Below, piece by piece: positions 1 through 9,324 of a stretch of DNA of 32,000 bases. A program made the translations under genes and the position numbers. A model generated the notes under the pieces. That model ran no database searches. It was not told the origin of the DNA and was given only the letters and a program-made list of their open reading frames with translations. Source of the DNA: Aliivibrio fischeri ES114 (GTDB lineage: Bacteria > Pseudomonadota > Gammaproteobacteria > Enterobacterales > Vibrionaceae); the NCBI RefSeq assembly GCF_000011805.1, contig NC_006841.2. The stretch is one strand, 5' to 3'. Position 1 is the first letter of the stretch. The number at the start of each line of letters is the position of its first letter.

Positions 1-1194
1 AATTTGTTGTCGGATCTCAGGTTCAACGTCTTTTAAAAATGCATCCGTAGAAGGATAAAGGGAGCAAGCAAACATCATGTCTTGCCATACCATTAATCCC
101 AGTTCATCACAGAGATCGTAGAATAGTTCGGACTCATATTGACCACCTCCCCAAACACGGATCATGTTCATGTTAGCGTCTTTAGCACTGGTTAATAATT
201 CTCGGTAACGGCTTTCAGACTCAAGGCTTGGCATTGCATCCATAGGGATCCAATTCGCTCCTTTTGAGTTAATAGGAAAACCATTAATCACAAATTCCAT
301 CGCTGAGCCAATTTCATCATTTTTGTTATTAAGCTCTAATTGACGTAAGCCAACTCTTTTTGTGATTGTTTGTTCATCCAGTTCAACGGTGAGTGAATAT
401 AAAGGTTGCTCACCGTAGCCAGAAGGCCACCAAAGTTCAGGATTTTCAATATGGAAAATGGTGCTTGTTTCACCACTCTCATGGCTAATTAACGTGTGAA
501 TTTCGTCATTGAAATTAACGGTAATCGCTTGTCCCGCAATACACTCATGTTTAACATTAACCGTAAGATCAACAGCACCTTGATACCAAATTTGTGCAGT
601 TTCGATTGAGCTTAATTCAATCTTTTTTACAACCTCAATATAAATTGGATCATAGATACCAGAAACCATTAAGCAAATTCCCCAATCCCAACCAGAGTGG
701 CATTGTGTTTTGCGTATTAGGTTCATGTGTGGAAGCTGGTTATTCCCTACCGCCCATGGGATAGGCATAGGTAATTTCTTCGCTCTTGATAGCGCCTCTT
801 CATCGACTCGAGAGAAATGAACTGAAATCGTGTTATCACCCGGTTTAACAAATGGTTTGATATCAATGCGGTGGCGTTGAAATTGGTTAGTAGAGCTTAA
901 AACAAGTTCATTATTAATAAAGACATTAGCCAATGTATCAACACGACTTAAATTGAGTATTAAAGATGCAGCACTCATCTCTTGTGGTGAAAGAGAAAAT
1001 TCTTGAGATAGATGCCAATCGCATTCTCTTACCCATTGAACCTCATTTTCGTTCGTTCCCATATATGGATTGGTAATGATCCCTGCTTGGTATAAAGCAT
1101 GGTAATTATCGCCGGGAACCGTCATTGGAATTGCAAGATGCGAATGCGCTGGAGAGGTGAGTATCCATTTGCCATTAAGAGAAATTTGCGACAT
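1..1194 (-). CDS. Glycoside hydrolase family 2, beta-mannosidase-like (C-terminal part cut by window edge)
   Basis: Open frame on the minus strand from ATG at 1194 to the window edge without a stop (absent from the ORF track, presumably because it is incomplete). Translation MSQISLNGKWILTSPAHSHLAIPMTVPGDNYHALYQAGIITNPYMGTNENEVQWVRECDW... with ...RKTQCHSGWDWGICLM... and ...FVINGFPINSKGANWIPMDAMPS..., motifs typical of GH2 beta-mannosidases. Confidence 0.85.
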   Translation of the reverse strand, partial: MSQISLNGKWILTSPAHSHLAIPMTVPGDNYHALYQAGIITNPYMGTNENEVQWVRECDWHLSQEFSLSPQEMSAASLILNLSRVDTLANVFINNELVLSSTNQFQRHRIDIKPFVKPGDNTISVHFSRVDEEALSRAKKLPMPIPWAVGNNQLPHMNLIRKTQCHSGWDWGICLMVSGIYDPIYIEVVKKIELSSIETAQIWYQGAVDLTVNVKHECIAGQAITVNFNDEIHTLISHESGETSTIFHIENPELWWPSGYGEQPLYSLTVELDEQTITKRVGLRQLELNNKNDEIGSAMEFVINGFPINSKGANWIPMDAMPSLESESRYRELLTSAKDANMNMIRVWGGGQYESELFYDLCDELGLMVWQDMMFACSLYPSTDAFLKDVEPEIRQQI

Positions 1195-1640
1195 AAAAAA
1201 TCCTTCTGATGCCGTATATAGTGAAGAAATTGCAAGAAGTGTATGTCTGAAAGCAGAGAAAATATGTGACTCTATTCTCGGATGAGAGTGAATCCTTTTT
1301 ATAAATTCAATAATTTAGATCGTAGCCACAATTCAAATGTGTGTTGTTTATTATCTATCCTTAATATTAATGGAATGATGTGTTGTTATTAGGTGCGGAA
1401 CGCCATACACTATCCTAATTAATAGACTTGTTTGGAAGTATAGATTGATTGAATGTGTTCTTGGTTCAATTTTGAATTTAATCTTATTGATGCAAATCAT
1501 TATATATAATTCTAGTGAATGCATTCGTTATCTGTCAGTTGTATAAGACATTCAGGATTTTATTTGGTGTAGTCCAAAATGAAGCAGCAAAGTGCTGTTA
1601 TTTTGAGTTTAAATGGAATTTATAGTAGTTAGGCACGATC

Positions 1641-3524
1641 ATGTACAAAAATATCTCAATAAAAAATAAGTTAACCCTCATGTTTGTGGTGGTTATCTTG
1701 GTTATGGCGTCAATTCAAACTTATATGACAGGTAAGCAATTGATGAAAGAAACACATCGGTCTGTTGAGCAATTTTCATTAGCTATTACACAATCCAGTA
1801 TTGCGGGTATTGAGAAGTGGATTGATGGGAAGGTGCAGATCTTATTAGCGACAGAAAAATCGTTTTCTTATTCGGATAAACCAATTAGCTACTTTGCTCA
1901 AGCAGAAAAAGCAGGTCAATTTGATATTACTTATGCAGGTTTATCAACGGGTGAATTTTACCAAAGCCGAAATCTTCCCGTACCAGAGGGGTATGACCCA
2001 AGGGGACGTGATTGGTATTTAGCGGCACAAAGCTCATCAGCTCCTATCGTTACAAGTCCATATATTGATGCGGGAACAGGCAATCTCGTTGTGACCATTG
2101 CTGATTCATTTAATACCGATATTTACGCAGGCGTTATTGGTGCTGATATTGGAATCCAATCTATTGTTGCCGATGTACTTGCTGTTAACCAAGATGGAGT
2201 ATCTGCTTATTTGGTGGATAAAGATGGTCATTTTGTTGCGCATCAAGACCACAACATGCTGCAGAAATCCGTTTCAACATTAAGTGATAAACTTTCTGTT
2301 GCTGGCATTGAAGCACTATCAAAAAGCGGTTCTTTATCTGAAGCGGTAATTAATGGTAAAGACGTATTTATCACTGTGGCAAAAGAAGGGATTTCTGGTT
2401 GGTATTTTGTCACGATTATCGATAAGGAGCATGCATTTGCCTCTGTAAGAAGTGTGATTAGTGATTCTCTTTTTATGGTGATGTTGCAGCTTATTATTAT
2501 CGCAGCATTAGCAGCATACTTGATAAAACAAGCTCTATCTCCACTTACGTTGTTAAGCAAAGCAATGGAAGATTTATCTAAAGGTGAAGGGGATTTAACA
2601 CAACGCATCACGGTTGATTCAAAAGATGAAATTGGTCAATTAGCCGGTCATGTAAATGCTTTTATTGATAAATTACATTCAATTATTAAAGACATTGCTT
2701 CTTCTTCGTTAGAGTTAAACTCTCAATCAAGATTAAGTACTCAAATGGCAGGTAAAACCAGCGAAGGTTTAGCTATTCAGGTAAATGAAATTACACAAAT
2801 TGCCGCAGCGGTTCATGAAATGTCAGCTACCGCTCAAGAAGTTGCTAATAATGCACAATTAACGGCTGAATCAGCAGTGAGCTCTACAGAAAGTTGCGAG
2901 CAAGGAAAGCTAGTTATTATTCGCAACCAAGAGTCTATCGTAAACCTAGCTAATCAGGTTGATAATGCATCAAATATTATTCAAGAGTTAGAGAGCAACG
3001 CTCAACAAATAAATACCATTCTTTCAACGATCAGAGAAATTGCAGAACAAACTAATTTGTTGGCATTGAATGCTGCGATTGAAGCGGCGAGAGCTGGAGA
3101 GCAAGGCCGAGGTTTTGCGGTAGTGGCAGATGAAGTTCGAGTGTTATCGCAACGTACTCATAGTTCAACAGATGAAATCCGCCACATGATTGAAACCTTA
3201 CAACGAAATACTCATTCAGCAGTTCAGAGTATGGATGAAAGTAAGAAATTTGCTCAATCAAGTGTTGATGATGCGAGTAATGCGACCACAGCGTTAGAAG
3301 AAATATCTTACTCTATTCAACAAATATCAGATATGGCGATGCAAATTTCTAACGCAGCAGCAGAGCAAAGAACTGTAACCGATGAAGTAAACCAAAACAT
3401 TCAATTGGCGAGCGATGTATCTGATCAAATGTCGACAGAAGCAAACAATTCACAACAATTATCTGAAGAGTTACGTGAAATCGCGACTCGTTTGAACAAT
3501 CAAGTGAACTTGTTTAAGTATTAA
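1641..3524 (+). CDS. Methyl-accepting chemotaxis protein with periplasmic Cache-type sensor, HAMP and MCP signalling domain
   Basis: N-terminal TM, periplasmic sensor with ...[12 protein letters not shown]..., second TM, HAMP, and signalling hairpin ...[43 protein letters not shown]. Confidence 0.95.
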   Translation: MYKNISIKNKLTLMFVVVILVMASIQTYMTGKQLMKETHRSVEQFSLAITQSSIAGIEKWIDGKVQILLATEKSFSYSDKPISYFAQAEKAGQFDITYAGLSTGEFYQSRNLPVPEGYDPRGRDWYLAAQSSSAPIVTSPYIDAGTGNLVVTIADSFNTDIYAGVIGADIGIQSIVADVLAVNQDGVSAYLVDKDGHFVAHQDHNMLQKSVSTLSDKLSVAGIEALSKSGSLSEAVINGKDVFITVAKEGISGWYFVTIIDKEHAFASVRSVISDSLFMVMLQLIIIAALAAYLIKQALSPLTLLSKAMEDLSKGEGDLTQRITVDSKDEIGQLAGHVNAFIDKLHSIIKDIASSSLELNSQSRLSTQMAGKTSEGLAIQVNEITQIAAAVHEMSATAQEVANNAQLTAESAVSSTESCEQGKLVIIRNQESIVNLANQVDNASNIIQELESNAQQINTILSTIREIAEQTNLLALNAAIEAARAGEQGRGFAVVADEVRVLSQRTHSSTDEIRHMIETLQRNTHSAVQSMDESKKFAQSSVDDASNATTALEEISYSIQQISDMAMQISNAAAEQRTVTDEVNQNIQLASDVSDQMSTEANNSQQLSEELREIATRLNNQVNLFKY

Positions 3525-3536
3525 TAAAATCCCCCT

Positions 3537-3588
3537 AAAAAAAAGCCTCTTTCATTTAGTGTGACGACTAAATTTAAGAGGCTTTTTT
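3537..3588 (+). terminator. Rho-independent terminator downstream of the chemoreceptor gene
   Basis: aaaaagcctctttcatttag...ctaaatttaagaggcttttttg: GC stem with flanking A-tract and T-tract; probably bidirectional-capable. Confidence 0.85.
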
Positions 3589-3776
3589 GTAAACTCCATA
3601 TAATTATGATGTGATGACGGTCATCCTTTTGGCTTCTATTTATTGTTAATCATAGCCAATATCTTTAGATTAATTCATGAGATTTATGTATTACTTAAGT
3701 TTCATTTCTGTAAATAAAGTATCGAAACCAATTTAAACCCTATTTTGAGACGTTTTATTTAACAGAGGAAACCAAT

Positions 3777-4061
3777 ATGGCTAAGTACCAATTTTTTTGT
3801 ATTCCCAATAGTGATCGTAAGAAATACACCTTCCTAGATATGGCGTCGGAGTCTTTTTTAAAAGAGAAATCCGCCATACTCGCACAAGGCTTTGAAGTTG
3901 AAGATGATGTTATTTATGCAGAAACATCAGAAGAAGCCGTTGAGAAATTTAAATCCAACTTTGTTTATGCGGTAGATGAATATGGAAAAGCTGATGTCAG
4001 TTATGGCTTCGCTATTTTTATTCAATCTATTTATAAGAAATTGTTTAAGAAAAATGCATAA
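3777..4061 (+). CDS. Hypothetical protein (94 aa)
   Basis: Complete ORF with an upstream aacagaggaa Shine-Dalgarno-like sequence; no family recognised. Confidence 0.7.
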   Translation: MAKYQFFCIPNSDRKKYTFLDMASESFLKEKSAILAQGFEVEDDVIYAETSEEAVEKFKSNFVYAVDEYGKADVSYGFAIFIQSIYKKLFKKNA

Positions 4062-4142
4062 GTTTTATTTAAATAAAAACAAAAGGATGAGAATTATGGA
4101 TAAGGTCTTTTGTTGCTTAGTGCTTTTGTTCAGGCCAAAAAA

Positions 4143-4628
4143 TTAAAATAAGTCATCAAAAGAGAGCTCAAGATGATGCATGAGTATTATCCCTTTTGAA
4201 TCCGGCACAATCCCATTGACTAATGATAGAGAGATTGTGTCGGTAATAGGGTAAGAAATAATAAGCTCAGGTATGAGATAAAGGCTGATATCTTCATTGA
4301 TATAAGTAATGATTTCCTCTTGCTTGTAGCCTGTAACCAGACCTAAAACAACCCCAGCATCAAATGATAACTTGCTAAGCATTAATGCATCGTCGGTTTG
4401 AAATTTCCAGCCAACAAGTGTTGATTTTCTATTATATGAATTAGTGAAATTCGCAACACTAAAACCGTTATTGATGCTAAAACCTATCAGCTTATGCTGT
4501 TCATTATAGTCATAGTCTCTATCAACATAATGGTTACTGTAACCAAGAAAAGCCACTTCGATTGACGTCGCCTGAACGGGGAGAGAAAGAGCAATAAGTA
4601 GGAATGCAAATACAGAAATCCATTTCAT
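4143..4628 (-). CDS. Hypothetical secreted / possible outer-membrane protein (161 aa)
   Basis: Signal peptide MKWISVFAFLLIALSLPVQA followed by alternating beta-strand-like segments. Confidence 0.65.
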   Translation of the reverse strand: MKWISVFAFLLIALSLPVQATSIEVAFLGYSNHYVDRDYDYNEQHKLIGFSINNGFSVANFTNSYNRKSTLVGWKFQTDDALMLSKLSFDAGVVLGLVTGYKQEEIITYINEDISLYLIPELIISYPITDTISLSLVNGIVPDSKGIILMHHLELSFDDLF

Positions 4629-4819
4629 ATTTATCCTAACATTTAAGTAAACATACTATTAATAGTAGTAGGCAGTTATTTGTTTTGCTTATTTCTTTTA
4701 TTGAATTTGCCATAACTTCCCCCTTTTTGTTTATTATCGCAATATTGGTATTAAGGGATTTAATCGTATTTTATTAGGAGTAATATGATAAAGACTAGGT
4801 GATCAGTTAAGGGACGAAA

Positions 4820-5770
4820 ATGCGTAAAATACTATTAGGATTGGCATGTATTGTGACACTACAAGCGTGCTCGCCAGATAAAGGTGATGAAGCATTAGGC
4901 ACATTAGAGCGAGATAGAGTGACTTTTTCTGCTACCTCAAATGAAATTATTCGAGCATTACCAGTTAAAGAGGGAAGTGAAGTCAAAGTCGGTGATGTAT
5001 TGGTGCAGCTAGATACCAAGAATCAAGAAGCGATTCTTGCTCATGCCATTGCGAATACGGCTAAAGCGCAAGCGTATTTATTACGTTTAACGAATGGAGA
5101 GCGCCCAGAGGATATTGCCTCTGCGCAGGCAAGGGTTGATCAAGCCAAAGCTCAACTGATCGATGCTGAAAAAACGTATCGTAGAATGGTTGAGTTAGTA
5201 AAGAAGAATCTTGCCAGTCAATCAAATAAGGATGCCGCATTAGCATCAAGAGATTCAGCCAGAGCGGCATTAAATTCAGCAAATGAAGAGTTTTCAAAAC
5301 TGACCGCTGGAGCAAGGCCTGAGGATATTGAGCCAGCCAGAGCTGAGCTTGATGCCATGAAAGCAGAAGCCATTTTGCAACAACAGAAACTTGATGAATT
5401 AACCATTGTTGCTACTCGTGATGGTATTTTAGATAACTTACCCTATAACCTAGGTGAGCGTGTTCCTGTTAATGGTTTTGTCGCCGTCATTCAAGCCAAT
5501 AGAGTTCCTTATGCTCGTGTTTATGTTCCTGCATCGTATCGTGTAGGCTTTGTACCTGGGAAAAAATTCTCCGTTAAAGTTGATGGTATTGATACTCCTT
5601 TTGAAGGAACTGTACGATGGGTTGCAACGGATCCATTATTTACACCTTATTACGCATTAACAGAAGAAGATCGTTCACATCTCGTTTATTTAGCTGAGGT
5701 TGACTTACCCGAATCAGCAGCTCTATTACCTTCAGGTGTACCTGCTCAAGTTGAATTGAGTAAGGACTAA
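4820..5770 (+). CDS. HlyD-family periplasmic adaptor (membrane fusion) protein, probable lipoprotein
   Basis: Lipobox-like MRKILLGLACIVTLQAC; biotinyl-lipoyl-like half (ALPVKEGSEVKVGDVLVQLD), coiled-coil arm, (VATRDGILDNLPYNLGERVPVNGFVAVI). Start of a tightly packed operon with the ABC genes. Confidence 0.9.
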   Translation: MRKILLGLACIVTLQACSPDKGDEALGTLERDRVTFSATSNEIIRALPVKEGSEVKVGDVLVQLDTKNQEAILAHAIANTAKAQAYLLRLTNGERPEDIASAQARVDQAKAQLIDAEKTYRRMVELVKKNLASQSNKDAALASRDSARAALNSANEEFSKLTAGARPEDIEPARAELDAMKAEAILQQQKLDELTIVATRDGILDNLPYNLGERVPVNGFVAVIQANRVPYARVYVPASYRVGFVPGKKFSVKVDGIDTPFEGTVRWVATDPLFTPYYALTEEDRSHLVYLAEVDLPESAALLPSGVPAQVELSKD

Positions 5771-5774
5771 GTAT

Positions 5775-6701
5775 ATGACTGAATTGGCAATTCAAGCAAA
5801 AGAGGTAGTAAAAAAGTTCGGTGATTTTACTGCGATTGATGGGATTAACTTATCCGTACCTAAAGGCAGCATTTATGGTTTTTTAGGGCCGAATGGGTGT
5901 GGTAAATCAACAACTATCCGAACCCTAACAGGCTTATTAAGTCCAACATCAGGAACCGTTGATGTGCTGGGTTTATGCATACCAAAAGAGTCGGAAGCGT
6001 TACGTTTAAAGATTGGTTACATGACTCAAAAGTTCTCGTTATACGATGATTTAAGTGTTGAAGAGAACCTAGAATTTATTGGTCAAATCTTTGGTATGGA
6101 AAAGCAATTATTAAATGCACGAGTTTCTGAACAACTAGCGACATATGGGCTTGATCAGCTACGCAAACAACGAGTATCAGGAATGAGTGGTGGCCAAAAG
6201 CAGAGATTATCATTGGCCGCGGCCACTATGCATAATCCAGAACTTTTGTTTTTAGATGAACCTACATCAGCGGTTGACCCTGAAAATCGACGAGAGTTTT
6301 GGGAGCAATTATTCGATCTTTCAGATAAAGGCACCACCATTCTCGTGACAACTCACTACATGGATGAGGCTGAACGTTGTCATCGTTTAGCGATTATGGA
6401 GTCAGGCATTATTCGGGCTGATGGTGAGCCTGAAGAACTCATGGCAAACATGGGGGTTAATATTGTCGAGGTAAAAGCGAATAACTTACGAGCGTTAAAA
6501 GCAAAATTAATAGCTTGTGATGAGGTACGCTCTGCCGCTCAACTAGGGATCCGTTTACGAGTGCTTATTCATCAACATATTGATGACCCTATTTTATGGT
6601 TAAGAACGAATTTTAGTGAATTAAAAGACGCGGAAATGAATATCGCTCGTCCTAGCTTAGAAGATGTTTTTGTTACCGTAACAGGGAAGGGACGTCAATG
6701 A
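5775..6701 (+). CDS. ABC transporter ATP-binding protein (ABC-2 type, YbhF-like)
   Basis: Walker A GPNGCGKST, signature SGGQKQR, Walker B LLFLDEPTSAVDP, H-loop TTHYMDEA. Confidence 0.95.
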   Translation: MTELAIQAKEVVKKFGDFTAIDGINLSVPKGSIYGFLGPNGCGKSTTIRTLTGLLSPTSGTVDVLGLCIPKESEALRLKIGYMTQKFSLYDDLSVEENLEFIGQIFGMEKQLLNARVSEQLATYGLDQLRKQRVSGMSGGQKQRLSLAAATMHNPELLFLDEPTSAVDPENRREFWEQLFDLSDKGTTILVTTHYMDEAERCHRLAIMESGIIRADGEPEELMANMGVNIVEVKANNLRALKAKLIACDEVRSAAQLGIRLRVLIHQHIDDPILWLRTNFSELKDAEMNIARPSLEDVFVTVTGKGRQ

Positions 6702-7798
6702 AATCAATGAATCGCATGAAAGCCATCATGATGAAAGAGATACGCCAGCTATCTAGAGATAAGTTGACGTTCGGAATGGTTATTATGATCCCATTAATTC
6801 AATTGTTGCTGTTTGGCTATGCCATTAACACGGATATTAGGGATATTCCGGTCGCGGTTGTTGATCAAAGTGAGAGTACACTAGGGCGCTTAATTACGGA
6901 GTCAGTTAAAGTAACTCAAGTGGTTAATATAAAGCAGTATTACCCTACGGTTGAAGAAGCTGAAAAGGCGATTCAACAGGGTGTGGTTCGTGCCGCCTTA
7001 GTCTTACCAAAAGACATCACTCAACGAGTCATGCAAAAAAGAGAACTTGGCCAATGGATAGTGGATGGCTCAGATACCATGATCAGTGCTGCTATTTTAT
7101 CATTACAAACCATGCCATTGGCTGATTTGGATTTTGATGTAAGAAATACAGCCAAAGCCAAAACATTTGAAGTCACTTTGTTTTATAATCCTAGTCGACG
7201 CTCTGCAGTTAATATCGTTCCTGGTTTATTGGGCGTTATATTAACCATGACCATGGTGCTTTTTACTAGCTCTGCAATTGTTAGAGAGCGTGAAAGAGGT
7301 AATTTAGAGTTATTGATCACCACTCCGATCCGCTCATTTGAACTCATGGTCGCAAAAATTATTCCTTATATCTTTGTCGGCTTAATTCAAGTGTTGATCA
7401 TTCTTGGTTTAGGTTACGCTATTTTCGATGTGCCTATTAACGGTTCGTTATCACAAATATTATTTGGAACATTGCTATTTATATCAGCAAGTTTGACGCT
7501 TGGGTTAGTGATATCAACAATAGCAAAAACACAGTTGCAAGCCATGCAAATGACGATCTTTATACTCCTTCCATCTATATTGTTATCTGGTTTTATGTTT
7601 CCGTACGAAGGTATGCCTGTCATAGCTCAATGGATAGCAGAGGTATTACCCGCAACTCACTTTATGCGGTTGATTAGAGGTATCGTATTAAGAGGGGCTG
7701 ATTTAATGGACTTATGGCGTGACACGATTTGGATGATAGTGTTTACATTAATAGGACTGTTTGTCGCGTCTAAACGATTTAAGAAATCATTGGATTGA
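6698..7798 (+). CDS. ABC-2 type transporter permease (YbhS/YbhR/YhhJ-like)
   Basis: Overlaps the ATPase gene by 4 nt; MMKEIRQLSRDKLTFGMVIMIPLIQLLLFGYAIN..., ...RERERGNLELLITTPIRSFELMVAKIIPY..., multiple TM helices. Confidence 0.93.
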   Translation: MKSMNRMKAIMMKEIRQLSRDKLTFGMVIMIPLIQLLLFGYAINTDIRDIPVAVVDQSESTLGRLITESVKVTQVVNIKQYYPTVEEAEKAIQQGVVRAALVLPKDITQRVMQKRELGQWIVDGSDTMISAAILSLQTMPLADLDFDVRNTAKAKTFEVTLFYNPSRRSAVNIVPGLLGVILTMTMVLFTSSAIVRERERGNLELLITTPIRSFELMVAKIIPYIFVGLIQVLIILGLGYAIFDVPINGSLSQILFGTLLFISASLTLGLVISTIAKTQLQAMQMTIFILLPSILLSGFMFPYEGMPVIAQWIAEVLPATHFMRLIRGIVLRGADLMDLWRDTIWMIVFTLIGLFVASKRFKKSLD

Positions 7799-7817
7799 TT
7801 GGTTAAATAGAGAGAAT

Positions 7818-7855
7818 GCCCTGATTGTTTGAGCACCAATTCAGGGCGTTTTTAT
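7818..7855 (+). terminator. Rho-independent terminator of the HlyD/ABC operon
   Basis: gccctgattg tttgagcac caattcagggc followed by gttttta. Confidence 0.85.
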
Positions 7856-8248
7856 TTCAATCTAAAGCATGTGTACCTTAAGCGATAAAAATTATATTTC
7901 CGCAGATACAAACCCAAATATGACGGGTTTCGCTATAGAACCATTCTTGATGTTGTTGGCAGCATGGGCAGACTATTTTATCCATAAGTTTCCCTTAACT
8001 TTTTTTATTATCAAGATCTAGTATGGGAAGAAAACTTATCTTATCAAATCAAAATATGAGCTTGTGAGTCTCAATTCGACATAAGCAACACTTTGATGTA
8101 ACTATGAGATTAGTTAATAGCAATACGTTTATTTTAATTACATTTTTAAGAGATAAGCGTCGTAAATTTTGCGGGCTGTCACATTATGAATATTGTCTCT
8201 GTGTATAAAATGAGAATCCCAAAGAGAAAGTATGCTCAAGGAGGAGTC

Positions 8249-8371
8249 ATGTTTTTATTGGAAGGGTTAAGCCCACTTACAGAGCTAATTATATGGATAA
8301 GTTATGCCATCACGATTGTAATTTGTGCGTTGACGGTTGCTGTTATCGTTGAATTTAGTAAAAAAGAGTAA
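8249..8371 (+). CDS. Small single-TM membrane protein (40 aa)
   Basis: The track ORF starts at 8186, but the ATG at 8249 is preceded by aaGGAGGAgtc, a near-perfect Shine-Dalgarno. Product MFLLEGLSPLTELIIWISYAITIVICALTVAVIVEFSKKE; terminator hairpin immediately downstream. Confidence 0.6.
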   Translation: MFLLEGLSPLTELIIWISYAITIVICALTVAVIVEFSKKE

Positions 8372-8395
8372 GACACGATGACTTACCCTAAAAAC

Positions 8396-8430
8396 AAAAA
8401 AGAGCACATTGGTTATGTGCTCTTTTTTTA
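8396..8430 (+). terminator. Rho-independent terminator between the small membrane protein gene and the convergent nitroreductase gene
   Basis: aaaaaagagcacattggttatgtgctcttttttt: A-tract/T-tract flanked stem, likely bidirectional. Confidence 0.85.
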
Positions 8431-8446
8431 TTTACATTAGGGAAAA

Positions 8447-9106
8447 TTAAAGTGTTGTAATCACATCTTCCATTGGTAAACGTGCTTTTGGTAGACCGTG
8501 GTTATAATCTTCGCCATCTTTGTGATAACCCAACGCAAGGGCAAAATCACATACATAACCATCTAATTCATCTTTAAACTCTTCACCAATCAATGCTGAG
8601 TCAACACCTTCCATTGATGTTGATGCTATGCCCATACGAGCAAGAGTATGCAGTGTGTTACCTAGAGCAATGTAGCTTTGTGCTTTTGTCCAGTTACCAT
8701 TAAAGCCTGCTTCGTTAGTATTTAATTCAACAAAGCCAAAAGCGCCATCTAGCATATCGTTATAACGCTCAGCAGGTAAGTGGCCAGAAGCAACTTCAGC
8801 ATCCACTACTTTACGGTATTGGTCTTTTGTATAGTTTGGATTGTGTGCAAATAAAATCGTGTGCGATGCTTCTTTTGCGTGTGGTTGATTAAATTCAAAC
8901 ATATTCGCAAATGTACCATGAAAACGTTCTTTTGCTTCTTCACTCTCAAGAACAATGAATTTCCAAGGTTGAGAGTTAATTGAAGATGCAGATAGACGAA
9001 TCGCTTCTTTAATTACGTCCATATCTTCTGCTGAAATGCGCTTTGTTGCGTCGTATTTTTTAGCAGTATAACGAGAATTTAAATCAGCAATAATTGGGTG
9101 AGTCAT
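8447..9106 (-). CDS. nfsB: Oxygen-insensitive NAD(P)H nitroreductase / flavin reductase (NfsB/FRase I family)
   Basis: ADLNSRYTAKKYD..., LSASSINSQPWKFIVLES, YIALGNTLHTLARMGIASTSMEG, ALGYH, typical NfsB-family pattern. Confidence 0.85.
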   Translation of the reverse strand: MTHPIIADLNSRYTAKKYDATKRISAEDMDVIKEAIRLSASSINSQPWKFIVLESEEAKERFHGTFANMFEFNQPHAKEASHTILFAHNPNYTKDQYRKVVDAEVASGHLPAERYNDMLDGAFGFVELNTNEAGFNGNWTKAQSYIALGNTLHTLARMGIASTSMEGVDSALIGEEFKDELDGYVCDFALALGYHKDGEDYNHGLPKARLPMEDVITTL

Positions 9107-9250
9107 ATGAGCTATTTCCTAAATCTGGTGAACAAAAGCGCGAGTTTATATTTTCTTTACTCGTCGTTGATGTGAGTAAGATAAAGAAAATCAAAGACGA
9201 GAAAAAGAGATGAAAGATCCAATCACTATGGAATAAAAGTTCCATAATTG

Positions 9251-9281
9251 TTGACCTGTCTATAGCTTTACAGTTTATGAT
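9251..9281 (+). promoter_or_regulatory. Putative MerR-type promoter/operator with 19-bp spacer
   Basis: ttgacc (9251-9256) and tatgat (9276-9281) separated by exactly 19 bp, with the interrupted dyad CTGT-N10-ACAG near the spacer centre, 43 bp upstream of the MerR-domain gene. Confidence 0.65.
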
Positions 9282-9324
9282 GGGTATCAATTGAACGGTG
9301 AGTCTTATTTAACAGGAGCCAACC

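Noticed and set aside
1516-1535. gaatgcattc palindrome upstream of the chemoreceptor gene
   Set aside because: Only 10 bp in an AT-rich region, expected by chance; no paired copy or promoter context.
2243-2611. 122-aa minus-strand ORF inside the chemoreceptor gene
   Set aside because: Antisense to a clear coding sequence; composition looks like a shadow frame.
8379-8441. Short ORF MTYPKNKKEHIGYVLFFYLH reading through the terminator hairpin
   Set aside because: No Shine-Dalgarno and most of the ORF is the terminator stem and T-tract itself.
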